Below, in pieces: positions 17,021-24,610 of a stretch of 38,531 nt of DNA. Within the stretch, counting starts at the first letter, position 1. Each line of letters begins with the position of its first letter. The stretch spans positions 1-38,531 of the IMG/VR virus record IMGVR_UViG_3300037706_000069. One strand, written 5' to 3'. The position numbers and the translations under genes were made by a program. This DNA comes from a virus. Taxonomy: Duplodnaviria; Caudoviricetes. The notes under the pieces were generated by a model, which made no database searches, was not told the origin of the DNA, and saw only the letters and a list, made by a program, of their open reading frames with translations.

Positions 17021-17364
17021 GCGCCCTACCGGGTGGCGTCCGGGCCGCCGCGGTCCGGGTGCTGCGGCAGCGCGGCGCCGCCGACCTGATCCCGGTCCTC
17101 GGGCTGGACCTGCCCCGCCGCGGCAGCCTGCGCCGCCGACGGTACAGCAGCTGCGCCGAGCCCGGGTGCACCCGGCCGGTCCGCGCGAAGGGGTGGTGTA
17201 ACAGCCACTATACGAGGGACTGGCGGGCGCGGCAGGCCGCTGAGGGCCGGTACCGGCACGGCACCGCCACCGGCTACCGCTGCGGCTGCCGCTGCGGTGA
17301 CTGTTCCAGGGCTGAGCGTGATTACCGGGCCGGCGGGCGGCGGACCAGGGCAGGGGCGGGCTGA
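17017..17364 (+). CDS. Zn-finger protein (115 aa)
   Basis: C..PGC....AKGWC.SHY and HGT..GY..GCRC..C motifs. Confidence 0.65.
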   Translation: MSALPGGVRAAAVRVLRQRGAADLIPVLGLDLPRRGSLRRRRYSSCAEPGCTRPVRAKGWCNSHYTRDWRARQAAEGRYRHGTATGYRCGCRCGDCSRAERDYRAGGRRTRAGAG

Positions 17365-17567
17365 TGCCCGCGCGCCCGTACCTGCCTCAGCACACGTACA
17401 TCCCGGACGGTGCCACCCCGGGGCCGCGGCGGGGCGACCCGCCGCTGTGCCGCTGCGGCCTACCCCGCCGCCATCAACGCCACCCCGAACCAGACCAGCA
17501 GGTAGCTACCCAGCGGGCCGCGTACGACGCGCGGCGCCTGGGCGAACGAGAGGAGCAACACCCGTGA
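17364..17567 (+). CDS. Hypothetical protein (67 aa)
   Basis: TGATG and GTGA overlaps; CRCGLP...RH. Confidence 0.55.
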   Translation: MPARPYLPQHTYIPDGATPGPRRGDPPLCRCGLPRRHQRHPEPDQQVATQRAAYDARRLGEREEQHP

Positions 17568-18186
17568 CCGAGTCTACTATGGTCCGCCCGTTGGACCTGG
17601 GCCGCCTGCGGCTGCGCAGGGGCAGCCACGCCCCGTGGGTGGGTGACCAGCTGCCCCTGGACGGCCTGCCCGCGTGCCTCATGGAGGCCGTGGCCTGGGT
17701 CGCCGGTGAGCCCTGGTCCGACAACCCGCAGTGCGTCAGCCCAGTCCTGGCGGCCTACGGCCGCCAGCTGAACGACCTCCTGCCCGACGGCCGCCGGCAG
17801 GAGCTGCGTCCGCTGATCCCGCAGCTGCTGGGCACCGCCGCCGACGGGCTCGACGAGGCCCGCAGCTACCTGGCGCTGGACTGGCTGATTCGGACCTGGA
17901 CTCCGGCGTGGCTGGACCTGGCCGGGCTGACCGCGGAGGCGGCCGCGTTGCGGGAGCTGCGTCGGATCGTGGACCGGGTCGCCGCGCAGCAGGCCGGCCC
18001 GGTGGTGCCGGGGCCGCCGCCTGGGCCGCCGCCTGGGCCGCCGCCTGGGCCGCCGGGGCCGCCGGGGCCGCCGCCTGGGCCGCCGCCAGGGAAAAGCTGG
18101 CACCCACCGTAGACCAGCTCCAGACCTCCGCCATCGCCCTGTTCACCACCATGATCCGACCCGAGGAGTCCCCCGTTGCCCACTGA
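17564..18186 (+). pseudogene. AAAW-repeat phage protein, frameshifted near 18008
   Basis: N-terminus (GSH...ACLMEAVAWVAGEPWSD.P.CVSPV) in one frame; AAAW repeats and a natural-looking C-terminus in the -1 frame. Confidence 0.65.
18008..18090 (+). repeat. Tandem 12-bp (GCCGCCGCCTGG) and 9-bp (GCCGCCGGG) units
   Basis: Directly visible in the sequence. Confidence 0.85.
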
Positions 18187-18538
18187 CGACCCGCAGGTGC
18201 GGCCGTTCGCCGCCGTGCTGCAGGACCTGGCCCGCGGGCAGGTCCACACCGACCTGTCCACCCAGCTGGCCGAGCTGACCGCCGCGGTGGCTGAGACCGG
18301 CCGCAAGGGCACCATCACGTTGACGATCACTGTGGACCTGGCCGGCAAGGGCGCCGAGGCGCTCACCGTCGCCGCCCGCGTGGACGCCAAGCCGCCGCGG
18401 CGGCCTGCGCCGCCGACCGTGTTCTTCGCCGACGACGCCGGGAATCTGACCCGCTACGACCCGAACCAGCCAACCCTGCCGCTCCGCGGGCTCCAACTCG
18501 CAGACGGCAACGAAACCCGGAAGGAAGCTACCGCGTGA
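18176..18538 (+). CDS. Conserved phage protein upstream of DUF2303 (120 aa)
   Basis: L.EL..AV.ETGRKG.ITL...FF....GNLTR.DPNQ..L; TTG start with GAGGAG. Confidence 0.7.
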   Translation: MPTDDPQVRPFAAVLQDLARGQVHTDLSTQLAELTAAVAETGRKGTITLTITVDLAGKGAEALTVAARVDAKPPRRPAPPTVFFADDAGNLTRYDPNQPTLPLRGLQLADGNETRKEATA

Positions 18539-19356
18539 CCGACAACTACTCAGGAGACATGCAGGCCGCTATCGACGCGGGCCTGGCCGCCGCCGAACCC
18601 GCCCAGCTCGAACTGGGCGGCTACCACGTGGTGACCACCCAGCGTGGCACCGAGCGGATCGACCTGACCGGCGACGCCTACCGCGACCGGCCCCGCCGCA
18701 CCACCCGCCACGTGGTGGTCGATGACGTCGCTTCGTTCGCTGGCTACGTGTCCAAGCACGGCCGCGTAGCCAGCGAGGTCTACGCCCAACGCACCAACCG
18801 GGGCATCACAGCGGTCCTGGACGCCCCCGGGGCGGATGAGCCGGACTGGTGCCAGCACCGGGTCACCCTGCAGCTGCAGCACACCCAGCCGTGGCGCGAC
18901 TGGACGGAGGCCGACCGGAAGTACATGCCCCAGGCCGCCTTCGCCGAGTTCATCGAGGACCACCTGGGTGACATCCGCTCTCCCTCAGGGGCGGAGATGC
19001 TCGAGGTCGCGCAGACCCTGCACGCCAACACCAAGGTGACTTTCTCCTCCGGGTACCGGATCCAGGACGGGCAGCGGCGGCTGACCTACACCGAGGACAC
19101 CGCGGGCGCCGCCGGCACCCGGGGGGAGCTGTCCATCCCGGTCCGGTTCGTCGTCGGCGTGGAGGTGTTCCGCGGCGACGGCATGGCCGAGGAGTTGACC
19201 GCCCGGCTGCGGTACCGCATCGCCGACGGCCGTCTGCAGCTGGGTTACTTCCTCGACCGGCCCGAAGACGCGGTGGAGCGGGCGTGGGAGCCGTACACGA
19301 CCACGATCGCTGAGGAGCTGGACCGGCCGGTGCTGTCCGGCCACATCACCCCCTGA
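18535..19356 (+). CDS. DUF2303 (YfdQ-like) protein
   Basis: W.....MPQAAFAEFIED, ARLRYRI..G.L.LGY. Confidence 0.8.
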   Translation: MTDNYSGDMQAAIDAGLAAAEPAQLELGGYHVVTTQRGTERIDLTGDAYRDRPRRTTRHVVVDDVASFAGYVSKHGRVASEVYAQRTNRGITAVLDAPGADEPDWCQHRVTLQLQHTQPWRDWTEADRKYMPQAAFAEFIEDHLGDIRSPSGAEMLEVAQTLHANTKVTFSSGYRIQDGQRRLTYTEDTAGAAGTRGELSIPVRFVVGVEVFRGDGMAEELTARLRYRIADGRLQLGYFLDRPEDAVERAWEPYTTTIAEELDRPVLSGHITP

Positions 19357-19372
19357 CCACCCGCCCCGATGT

Positions 19373-19414
19373 GGCGGGGCCCGCGGCCCCTTGTCGCCGG
19401 CCGCGGGCCCCGCC
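19373..19414 (+). terminator. 16-bp hairpin before an RBS
   Basis: GGCGGGGCCCGCGGCC/GGCCGCGGGCCCCGCC. Confidence 0.6.
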
Positions 19415-19452
19415 AGCCCCAGGAGGACCTGAGTGACCAAGGCCGGCAGCTG

Positions 19453-20169
19453 ATGGGAGCCACCAACGCGATGACCGCCTACCACCTGTACGCCGGCCAC
19501 CTGCCCCCCACCAGCATGCAGCTGCTCGCCTACATGGCCCTAGTCTCCAAAGACGACGACGCCCGGCCCTGGTATGGCCAAGGCTGGTCCGCCCTGGCCA
19601 TCCATGCCCTCGGCCGTCCCGCCGCCGCCCCCGCCGACCTGAAGGCGGTCGAACGCGCCATCAGCCCCCTCCTCGCCGCCGGCGCGATCCGTACCGACCG
19701 ACGCGGCACCGTCCGCCGGACCGGCCCCAACACCGCCCGCTACCGCCTCAACCTGACCCCCCGGAAACCGGGGGTCGACACCATCCCAGGCATCGACGAT
19801 GCCCTTGTGGATAACTTGCCAGCCCGCCATTCACACCCCCCGGAAACCGTCCACCTGACCCCCCGGAAACCGGGGGGTCAGACAGCCGCACACCCCCCGG
19901 AAACCGTCCGCACACCCCCCGGTTTCCGGGGGACAGAGGAACCACGAGGAGACAACAAGATAAGGAGCGAGGAAGAGGAACAAGAGGTTGATCTACGTAC
20001 GGAACTCACGGTGACGCGCGCGCGGACCCCGGCACCACCCGAAAACCCATCCCCCGCCGATCCCACCTGCCCCACCTGCGGCACCCTCCTCGACCCCGAC
20101 CAGGCCTGCCGCAACCGGCCCTGCCCCGACTACCACGCCCCCGTCATCCCCCTACGAGCCGTCTCATGA
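19453..20169 (+). CDS. Putative replication initiator (N-terminal wHTH-like domain, internal iterons, C-terminal Zn ribbon)
   Basis: LLAYMAL...WYGQGWSALA...; iterons inside the gene; CPTC...C...C. Confidence 0.65.
   Translation: MGATNAMTAYHLYAGHLPPTSMQLLAYMALVSKDDDARPWYGQGWSALAIHALGRPAAAPADLKAVERAISPLLAAGAIRTDRRGTVRRTGPNTARYRLNLTPRKPGVDTIPGIDDALVDNLPARHSHPPETVHLTPRKPGGQTAAHPPETVRTPPGFRGTEEPRGDNKIRSEEEEQEVDLRTELTVTRARTPAPPENPSPADPTCPTCGTLLDPDQACRNRPCPDYHAPVIPLRAVS
19751..19990. other. Putative replication origin: 5 iterons, DnaA box, purine-rich tract
   Basis: CCCCCCGGAAACCG four times plus one inverted copy (19751-19932); TGTGGATAA at 19806-19814. Confidence 0.75.
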
Positions 20170-20366
20170 CCCACCAACACCGCACCGCCCGCGAACGCGC
20201 CACCGCCGCAGCCGCCCAAGCCGCCACCGCCCGCGTCAACACCCGAGCCGCCACCACACCCGACCCCCTCGAAGACCCCGACCCGCCCGCCGCCGCCTAC
20301 ATCACCCCCGCCCACGCCCACGCCATCCGCCTACGAATCGAGGAAACCCATGGACACCACCACTAG
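20166..20366 (+). CDS. Hypothetical protein (66 aa)
   Basis: ATGA overlap. Confidence 0.5.
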   Translation: MTHQHRTARERATAAAAQAATARVNTRAATTPDPLEDPDPPAAAYITPAHAHAIRLRIEETHGHHH

Positions 20367-21084
20367 CCAATCGCCACCCATCAATACCACCGAAGGCGCG
20401 GAGGGCTCCCAGTCGCTCGTGTCGCGCAATTGGCCGCGGGCGCGGGTGGACGGTGATGGCCGGATCTACCTCTCGGAGCTGGGTCAGCCTGGTTGGTGGC
20501 GGGAGGTGGTGCTGGTTCCGGTTGCCGAGGCCGGGCAGCTGCTGGAGCTGCTGGACCAACGTGGGCGGCACATAGACCTGCTGGACCAGTGCCTGGAGCA
20601 GGCCGACGACACCGCTGACAGGTGGAAGCGCAAGCACGATGAGCTACGGGCTGAGCTGAAGGTGGTGGGTGCCCAGGCCGGGTGGGCCGGCATGCTCGCC
20701 GCCCACCTCCGCTTCGTCGCCCAGGCCGTTGAGCAGTTGGCAGTGGAGGACCCGGACGGGCCGTCGGAGCAGGCGTTGCAGGCGGCCCGGCGGGCGGCTG
20801 AGCAGGCCCGTGCCGCCCTGGCAGCCCTCGACCAGCACGCACCACCGGCACAGGCCGGCCAGGTCGACCAGGCCTACCGGGACGGCTACCGCACCGGCAG
20901 GGACCACTCCGGCGCCGCGCAGCTACAAGCCGACCTCGACGAGGTCCGGGCCTGGCTGGCCGGCCTGGCCGGGCCTGACCGGCACGACCCGGTCCAGGCC
21001 CAGACCCTCTACGCCGGCCTGCCCAACCTGCCCGTCGAACCCGCCGTCGCCGACGACGAACCGGAGGCCGACCGTGCTGCCTGA
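20350..21084 (+). CDS. Hypothetical coiled-coil protein (244 aa)
   Basis: RBS GAGGA; operon position. Confidence 0.6.
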   Translation: MDTTTSQSPPINTTEGAEGSQSLVSRNWPRARVDGDGRIYLSELGQPGWWREVVLVPVAEAGQLLELLDQRGRHIDLLDQCLEQADDTADRWKRKHDELRAELKVVGAQAGWAGMLAAHLRFVAQAVEQLAVEDPDGPSEQALQAARRAAEQARAALAALDQHAPPAQAGQVDQAYRDGYRTGRDHSGAAQLQADLDEVRAWLAGLAGPDRHDPVQAQTLYAGLPNLPVEPAVADDEPEADRAA

Positions 21085-21289
21085 ACGCATGCTCTACCAG
21101 CTCGACGGCGTAACCGGCCGCGAACTGATCATCGAAGGCTGGGAGGACGGCACCATCACCGTCTCGATCTTCCGCGACCCTGTCCAGTTGACCACCCGCT
21201 ACCGCGTCAAGCTGCCACCGCAACAGGTTGTGGAGCTGGCGCTCGCCGCAGCCGCCCACGCACACCGCCAGGGAGCCGACCATGGCTGA
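21074..21289 (+). CDS. Hypothetical protein (71 aa)
   Basis: RBS GGAGG; MLPERMLYQLDG... Confidence 0.6.
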   Translation: MLPERMLYQLDGVTGRELIIEGWEDGTITVSIFRDPVQLTTRYRVKLPPQQVVELALAAAAHAHRQGADHG

Positions 21290-21527
21290 GCTGTACCCGA
21301 CACCAACCCGGCTCGCCCTGCTCGCCGCCGTCGACCGCGGCGAAGTCGTCTCCGACGGCACCTCAACCACCAACCGCCAGACCTACATCACCGCCCGCAT
21401 CGCCGAGCTGGCAGCCGCCGACTGGATCCAGCTCGGCGACCGCCAGGCCGGCCCCCGACGGACCTGGCAGCTGACCGGCACCGGCCGGGCCATCCTCGCC
21501 CGCCACCGCACCCCGGGTGAGCGCTGA
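21282..21527 (+). CDS. Small winged-helix-like protein (81 aa)
   Basis: IAELAAADWI...WQLTGTGRAIL. Confidence 0.55.
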   Translation: MAELYPTPTRLALLAAVDRGEVVSDGTSTTNRQTYITARIAELAAADWIQLGDRQAGPRRTWQLTGTGRAILARHRTPGER

Positions 21528-21826
21528 TGACCCACTACCAACACGTGGACCACCGCCACGTGCTCACCATCGGACCGCGCCACGTCACTCCCTGCACTGA
21601 CGACCTGATCATCGGCGTCCACCACACCACCACCGGCGACGGTGGGACCGCCGTCCTCCTGGAACGCGAAGACGTCGAAGCGATGCACGCCTGGCTGGAG
21701 ACCTGGTTGCGTGACGGCTGGCCGGGAGTACCACGCGGCGCCGGGCGGCTCATCGTCACGTACCCGGACGGGTCCCGTCGGCGCATTCGCACCGACGGGA
21801 CCGAGCAGGAGCCGGAGCGCTCATGA
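21527..21826 (+). CDS. Hypothetical protein (99 aa)
   Basis: TGATG and ATGA overlaps. Confidence 0.6.
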   Translation: MTHYQHVDHRHVLTIGPRHVTPCTDDLIIGVHHTTTGDGGTAVLLEREDVEAMHAWLETWLRDGWPGVPRGAGRLIVTYPDGSRRRIRTDGTEQEPERS

Positions 21827-22743
21827 GCCGCCAGCATCCCGTCCACGACACCATCGCCGCCCTCACCCGCGTGCAGAAGACCCGCATCATCGTCAATCCC
21901 GATGCACCAACCCACCTCCAGGTTTCCTATTCGCCCGAACCGGCGCCCTGCCTGCTCCAGCAGCTCGTCGAAGAGCTGGCCTGCTCCACCTCCGGCGGCG
22001 GCGGCCGCACCATCCCCAGCAGCCGGCTGCTGATGGCCACCGACGCCTGGGACCTGTGGACCCAGATCCAAACCTCCACGCACGCCTGGGCCCGGGAACT
22101 CGAGCTCGACCGGCGGCCGTACCTGCACCGGGTCCACGGCGGACGCCGCCCCGACCGGCCCACCCGACAACGCCAGCCCGCCCCCTGGTTCGCCACCCTG
22201 GCCGTCGCCGCCGGCACCCCGCCGGAGGTGCTCACCCAGCTCGGCGACCGGCTCGGCGCGGTCGCGACCACGCTGCCACCCGCGCCCGCCCGGCAGCAGC
22301 TGGCCGACCCCGGCCGGCTCCACCAGCTCCCCCCCGCCGGCCGGCTCCTGCGCCACGTCGCCGCCACCGCCACCAGCCGCGGCCTCGACCCGCTCGCCGA
22401 CGCCATCCACCGCTCCGGCCAGCGGTGGCGGGCGCAGATCGAGCAGATGCTGCACGGCGTCCAGGAGCAGCGCGGAGTCCGCGGCGCCACCTGCCCGGCG
22501 TGCGAAGCCCGCTGGGTCCTCGAGGACCGCGCCGACGGCGCCACCTACCGGCTCCCCACCATCATCCTGGTCCAGCGTCAGGTGGCCGGCGAGCCGCTGA
22601 CCTGGCTGGCCTGCCTGGCCTGCGGCTGGTCCCGCGGCGCCGGCGACCTGCTACAGGCCACCGCCGCGACCTGGCTGGCCATGCTGGCCGACATCCACCA
22701 GCGGCTGCACCAGCTGCTGCCACCGCGGCGGGTGGCAGCGTGA
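21823..22743 (+). CDS. Zn-ribbon phage protein, possible late regulator (306 aa)
   Basis: CPAC...CLAC near the C-terminus; end of the early region. Confidence 0.55.
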   Translation: MSRQHPVHDTIAALTRVQKTRIIVNPDAPTHLQVSYSPEPAPCLLQQLVEELACSTSGGGGRTIPSSRLLMATDAWDLWTQIQTSTHAWARELELDRRPYLHRVHGGRRPDRPTRQRQPAPWFATLAVAAGTPPEVLTQLGDRLGAVATTLPPAPARQQLADPGRLHQLPPAGRLLRHVAATATSRGLDPLADAIHRSGQRWRAQIEQMLHGVQEQRGVRGATCPACEARWVLEDRADGATYRLPTIILVQRQVAGEPLTWLACLACGWSRGAGDLLQATAATWLAMLADIHQRLHQLLPPRRVAA

Positions 22744-23000
22744 CCGGCTGGTGGACGCCGCCGGCCGGGACCCGCCAGCCCGGCGACCCGGCCCACCAGG
22801 CCGCGGCGGCCGCGGCGGTGCTGCACGTCTGGCCCCCACCGCCGCCGCCGCTACCGCCCCGCTGGCAGTGGGCCACCGTCCCACCACCGCCATGCGACCC
22901 GGCATGGCGTGCCGCGGCCGCGCTCCGGCCGGGCTGCGCGGTCTACCCGCCACGCAGGCAACCGGGGTGGTTGGACGGCGGAGGCGATCATGTGCCATGA
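22740..23000 (+). CDS. Pro-rich hypothetical protein (86 aa)
   Basis: GTGA overlap; low complexity. Confidence 0.35.
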   Translation: MTGWWTPPAGTRQPGDPAHQAAAAAAVLHVWPPPPPPLPPRWQWATVPPPPCDPAWRAAAALRPGCAVYPPRRQPGWLDGGGDHVP

Positions 23001-23044
23001 TGCAGGCACCGCGGTGAAGTGTGCCCAGGCCCAGGTCAGGAAGT
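22971..23044 (+). promoter_or_regulatory. Putative promoter and leader of the CRISPR mini-array
   Basis: TTGGAC at 22971 and extended -10 TG-C-CATGAT at 22993-23001; leader ends CCCAGGTCAGGAAGT directly against repeat 1. Confidence 0.55.
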
Positions 23045-23134
23045 GTGGTCCCCGCGCAGGCGGGGGTGATCCCTAGCCCGGGAGTTAGGGGCGTACTAAC
23101 CCCCGGTGGTCCCCGCGCAGGCGGGGGTGATGAC
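23045..23134 (+). CRISPR. Type I-E CRISPR mini-array (2 repeats, 1 spacer), no cas genes
   Basis: R1 GTGGTCCCCGCGCAGGCGGGGGTGATCCC (23045-23073); 32-nt spacer TAGCCCGGGAGTTAGGGGCGTACTAACCCCCG; R2 GTGGTCCCCGCGCAGGCGGGGGTGATGAC (23106-23134); 61-nt period; CCCCGC/GCGGGG stem. Confidence 0.9.
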
Positions 23135-23148
23135 TCCGGCCGCGTCCC

Positions 23149-23436
23149 TCAGGTCGCGCCGAGCGCCCGGGCTAGTTCGGCAAACTCGTGGCTGGACTTC
23201 TTCCGGAAGTGCAGCACATGCCGCCGGCCCTCGACCGTCCGGAGCGTGATCCGCCCGTTGGTCATCACACCGGCCGGCTTGTGCGAGACCTCGGCGATCC
23301 GCTCCCGCGGCAACACCAGCTCCCCGTCCGCGTGCTCGGCCCCGAGCAGCGCGACCCGGGCCGGCTTGGTCGTCCCCTGCGCCCGCAGGACATGCCCGTC
23401 CCACCAGACCTTGATCATGTAACCGCTGAGTTCCAT
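23149..23436 (-). CDS. Antisense moron, DUF4429 / bacterial PH-like protein (95 aa)
   Basis: MELSGYMIKVWWDG...LPRERIAEV..KPAGVMTNG.I...VLHFRKK...F; GGAG plus AT-rich upstream sequence. Confidence 0.65.
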   Translation of the reverse strand: MELSGYMIKVWWDGHVLRAQGTTKPARVALLGAEHADGELVLPRERIAEVSHKPAGVMTNGRITLRTVEGRRHVLHFRKKSSHEFAELARALGAT

Positions 23437-23510
23437 TTTTATAGGCTCCCACCCGGTAGCAACTCCTAGGGGGCGGCGGCCGCAAACCGGACACCCGGGG
23501 TGAGCGAGCC

Positions 23511-24062
23511 ATGGGCAAGCCACACCCCGGCAACCGGCCGATCACCCAAGCCGACCGCGACCAGGTCGCCGCGCTGCACGCCGAAGGCCTCTCCCGCAAC
23601 AAGATCGCCGGCCGCATCGGGCGGTCAGCCGGGACCGTGACGAAGATCGCCCGCGAGTTGGGGCTGTCGTTCGCCCGGGCCAACGACCCCGGCCTGGTCC
23701 GCGCGCAGCAGGCCCGCGTCGCCGACGCCCGCGCCCGCCGCACCACCCTGCAGCTGACCGCCCTGGGCAACGCCCAGCAGCTCGCCGAGGCGATGTTCAG
23801 CCCGGTCACCGCCTTCAACTTCGGCGGCAAGGACAACACCTACAACGAGCATGAGCTGCCCGAGCCGTCGCACCGGGACAAGCGGGACCTTGCGATCGCC
23901 ATCCAGGCCCTCACCAACTCCGCGATCCGGCTCGCTGAGCACGACTCCGGCGCGGACCTGGGTGGTGTGGTGTCGCTGCTGGACCAGCTCGGCCGACGCC
24001 TCACCGCGGCGCACGGCAACGGCGATGAGGAACACCCCACCGACCTGACGGAGGAACCGTGA
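23511..24062 (+). CDS. terS: Terminase small subunit (N-terminal HTH)
   Basis: LHAEGLSRNKIAGRIGRSAGTVTKIARE; upstream of terL. Confidence 0.65.
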   Translation: MGKPHPGNRPITQADRDQVAALHAEGLSRNKIAGRIGRSAGTVTKIARELGLSFARANDPGLVRAQQARVADARARRTTLQLTALGNAQQLAEAMFSPVTAFNFGGKDNTYNEHELPEPSHRDKRDLAIAIQALTNSAIRLAEHDSGADLGGVVSLLDQLGRRLTAAHGNGDEEHPTDLTEEP

Positions 24063-24373
24063 CCGCCCTGGAGATCCACCCGCCCACACCCGGCCGGATC
24101 GTCATCTACCGGCTGGCCGACGCCGATGTTGACCTGATCGCCAAGCAGCGGTTGGAACGCGGTCTGATGGGCAACTCGGTCCGTGCCGGCGAGCATTACC
24201 CGGCGATGGTGGTCCGCACGTTCGGAGGCGACGCGGTCAACCTCCAGGTCCACCTGGACGGTGAGGACACCTACTGGGCCACCTCCCGGAAGCAGGGCGA
24301 GGCCGCCGAAGGGAAGACGCCCCTGCCGGGGACGATCCCGCCCGGCACCTGGTGCTGGCCACCCCGGGTCTGA
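24059..24373 (+). CDS. Conserved phage hypothetical protein (104 aa)
   Basis: PTPGRIVIY...PAMVVR...VNLQVHLDG...GTWCWPPRV. Confidence 0.7.
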   Translation: MTALEIHPPTPGRIVIYRLADADVDLIAKQRLERGLMGNSVRAGEHYPAMVVRTFGGDAVNLQVHLDGEDTYWATSRKQGEAAEGKTPLPGTIPPGTWCWPPRV

Positions 24374-24375
24374 CC

Positions 24376-24609
24376 GTGAGCAGGTGCGACGGCCCGGACT
24401 GCCAGCACCCGGAGCACGTCCGCGGTGCACGCCCGACCGCGACCATCATCGACGACCCGGCCGCGCTGCGCATCCCGGACCAGCGGCAGCAGGACCCGGC
24501 CGTCCACCGCCGGCTCGCCGCCGAGGAGGCCCAGCGCGAGCAGGCCCGCGTACGGCTCCGCCGGCTCGCCGGCGCCGACCGCGACCCGCTCGGCCTGCGC
24601 ATCCGCTGA
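24376..24609 (+). CDS. Hypothetical protein (77 aa)
   Basis: Fills the gap to terL; CDGPDCQHPEH. Confidence 0.5.
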   Translation: MSRCDGPDCQHPEHVRGARPTATIIDDPAALRIPDQRQQDPAVHRRLAAEEAQREQARVRLRRLAGADRDPLGLRIR

Positions 24610-24610
24610 G

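Noticed and set aside
17990-18100. Diversity-generating retroelement variable region
   Set aside because: No reverse transcriptase and no template repeat elsewhere in the genome
21823-23436. cas or known anti-CRISPR genes next to the array
   Set aside because: No recognisable Cas motifs; Acr identity cannot be judged without a search
23437-23480. Possible self-target of the CRISPR spacer in the moron upstream region (shares GGAGTT and TAGGGG)
   Set aside because: Only ~6-nt blocks, on different strands or needing gaps; not a credible protospacer
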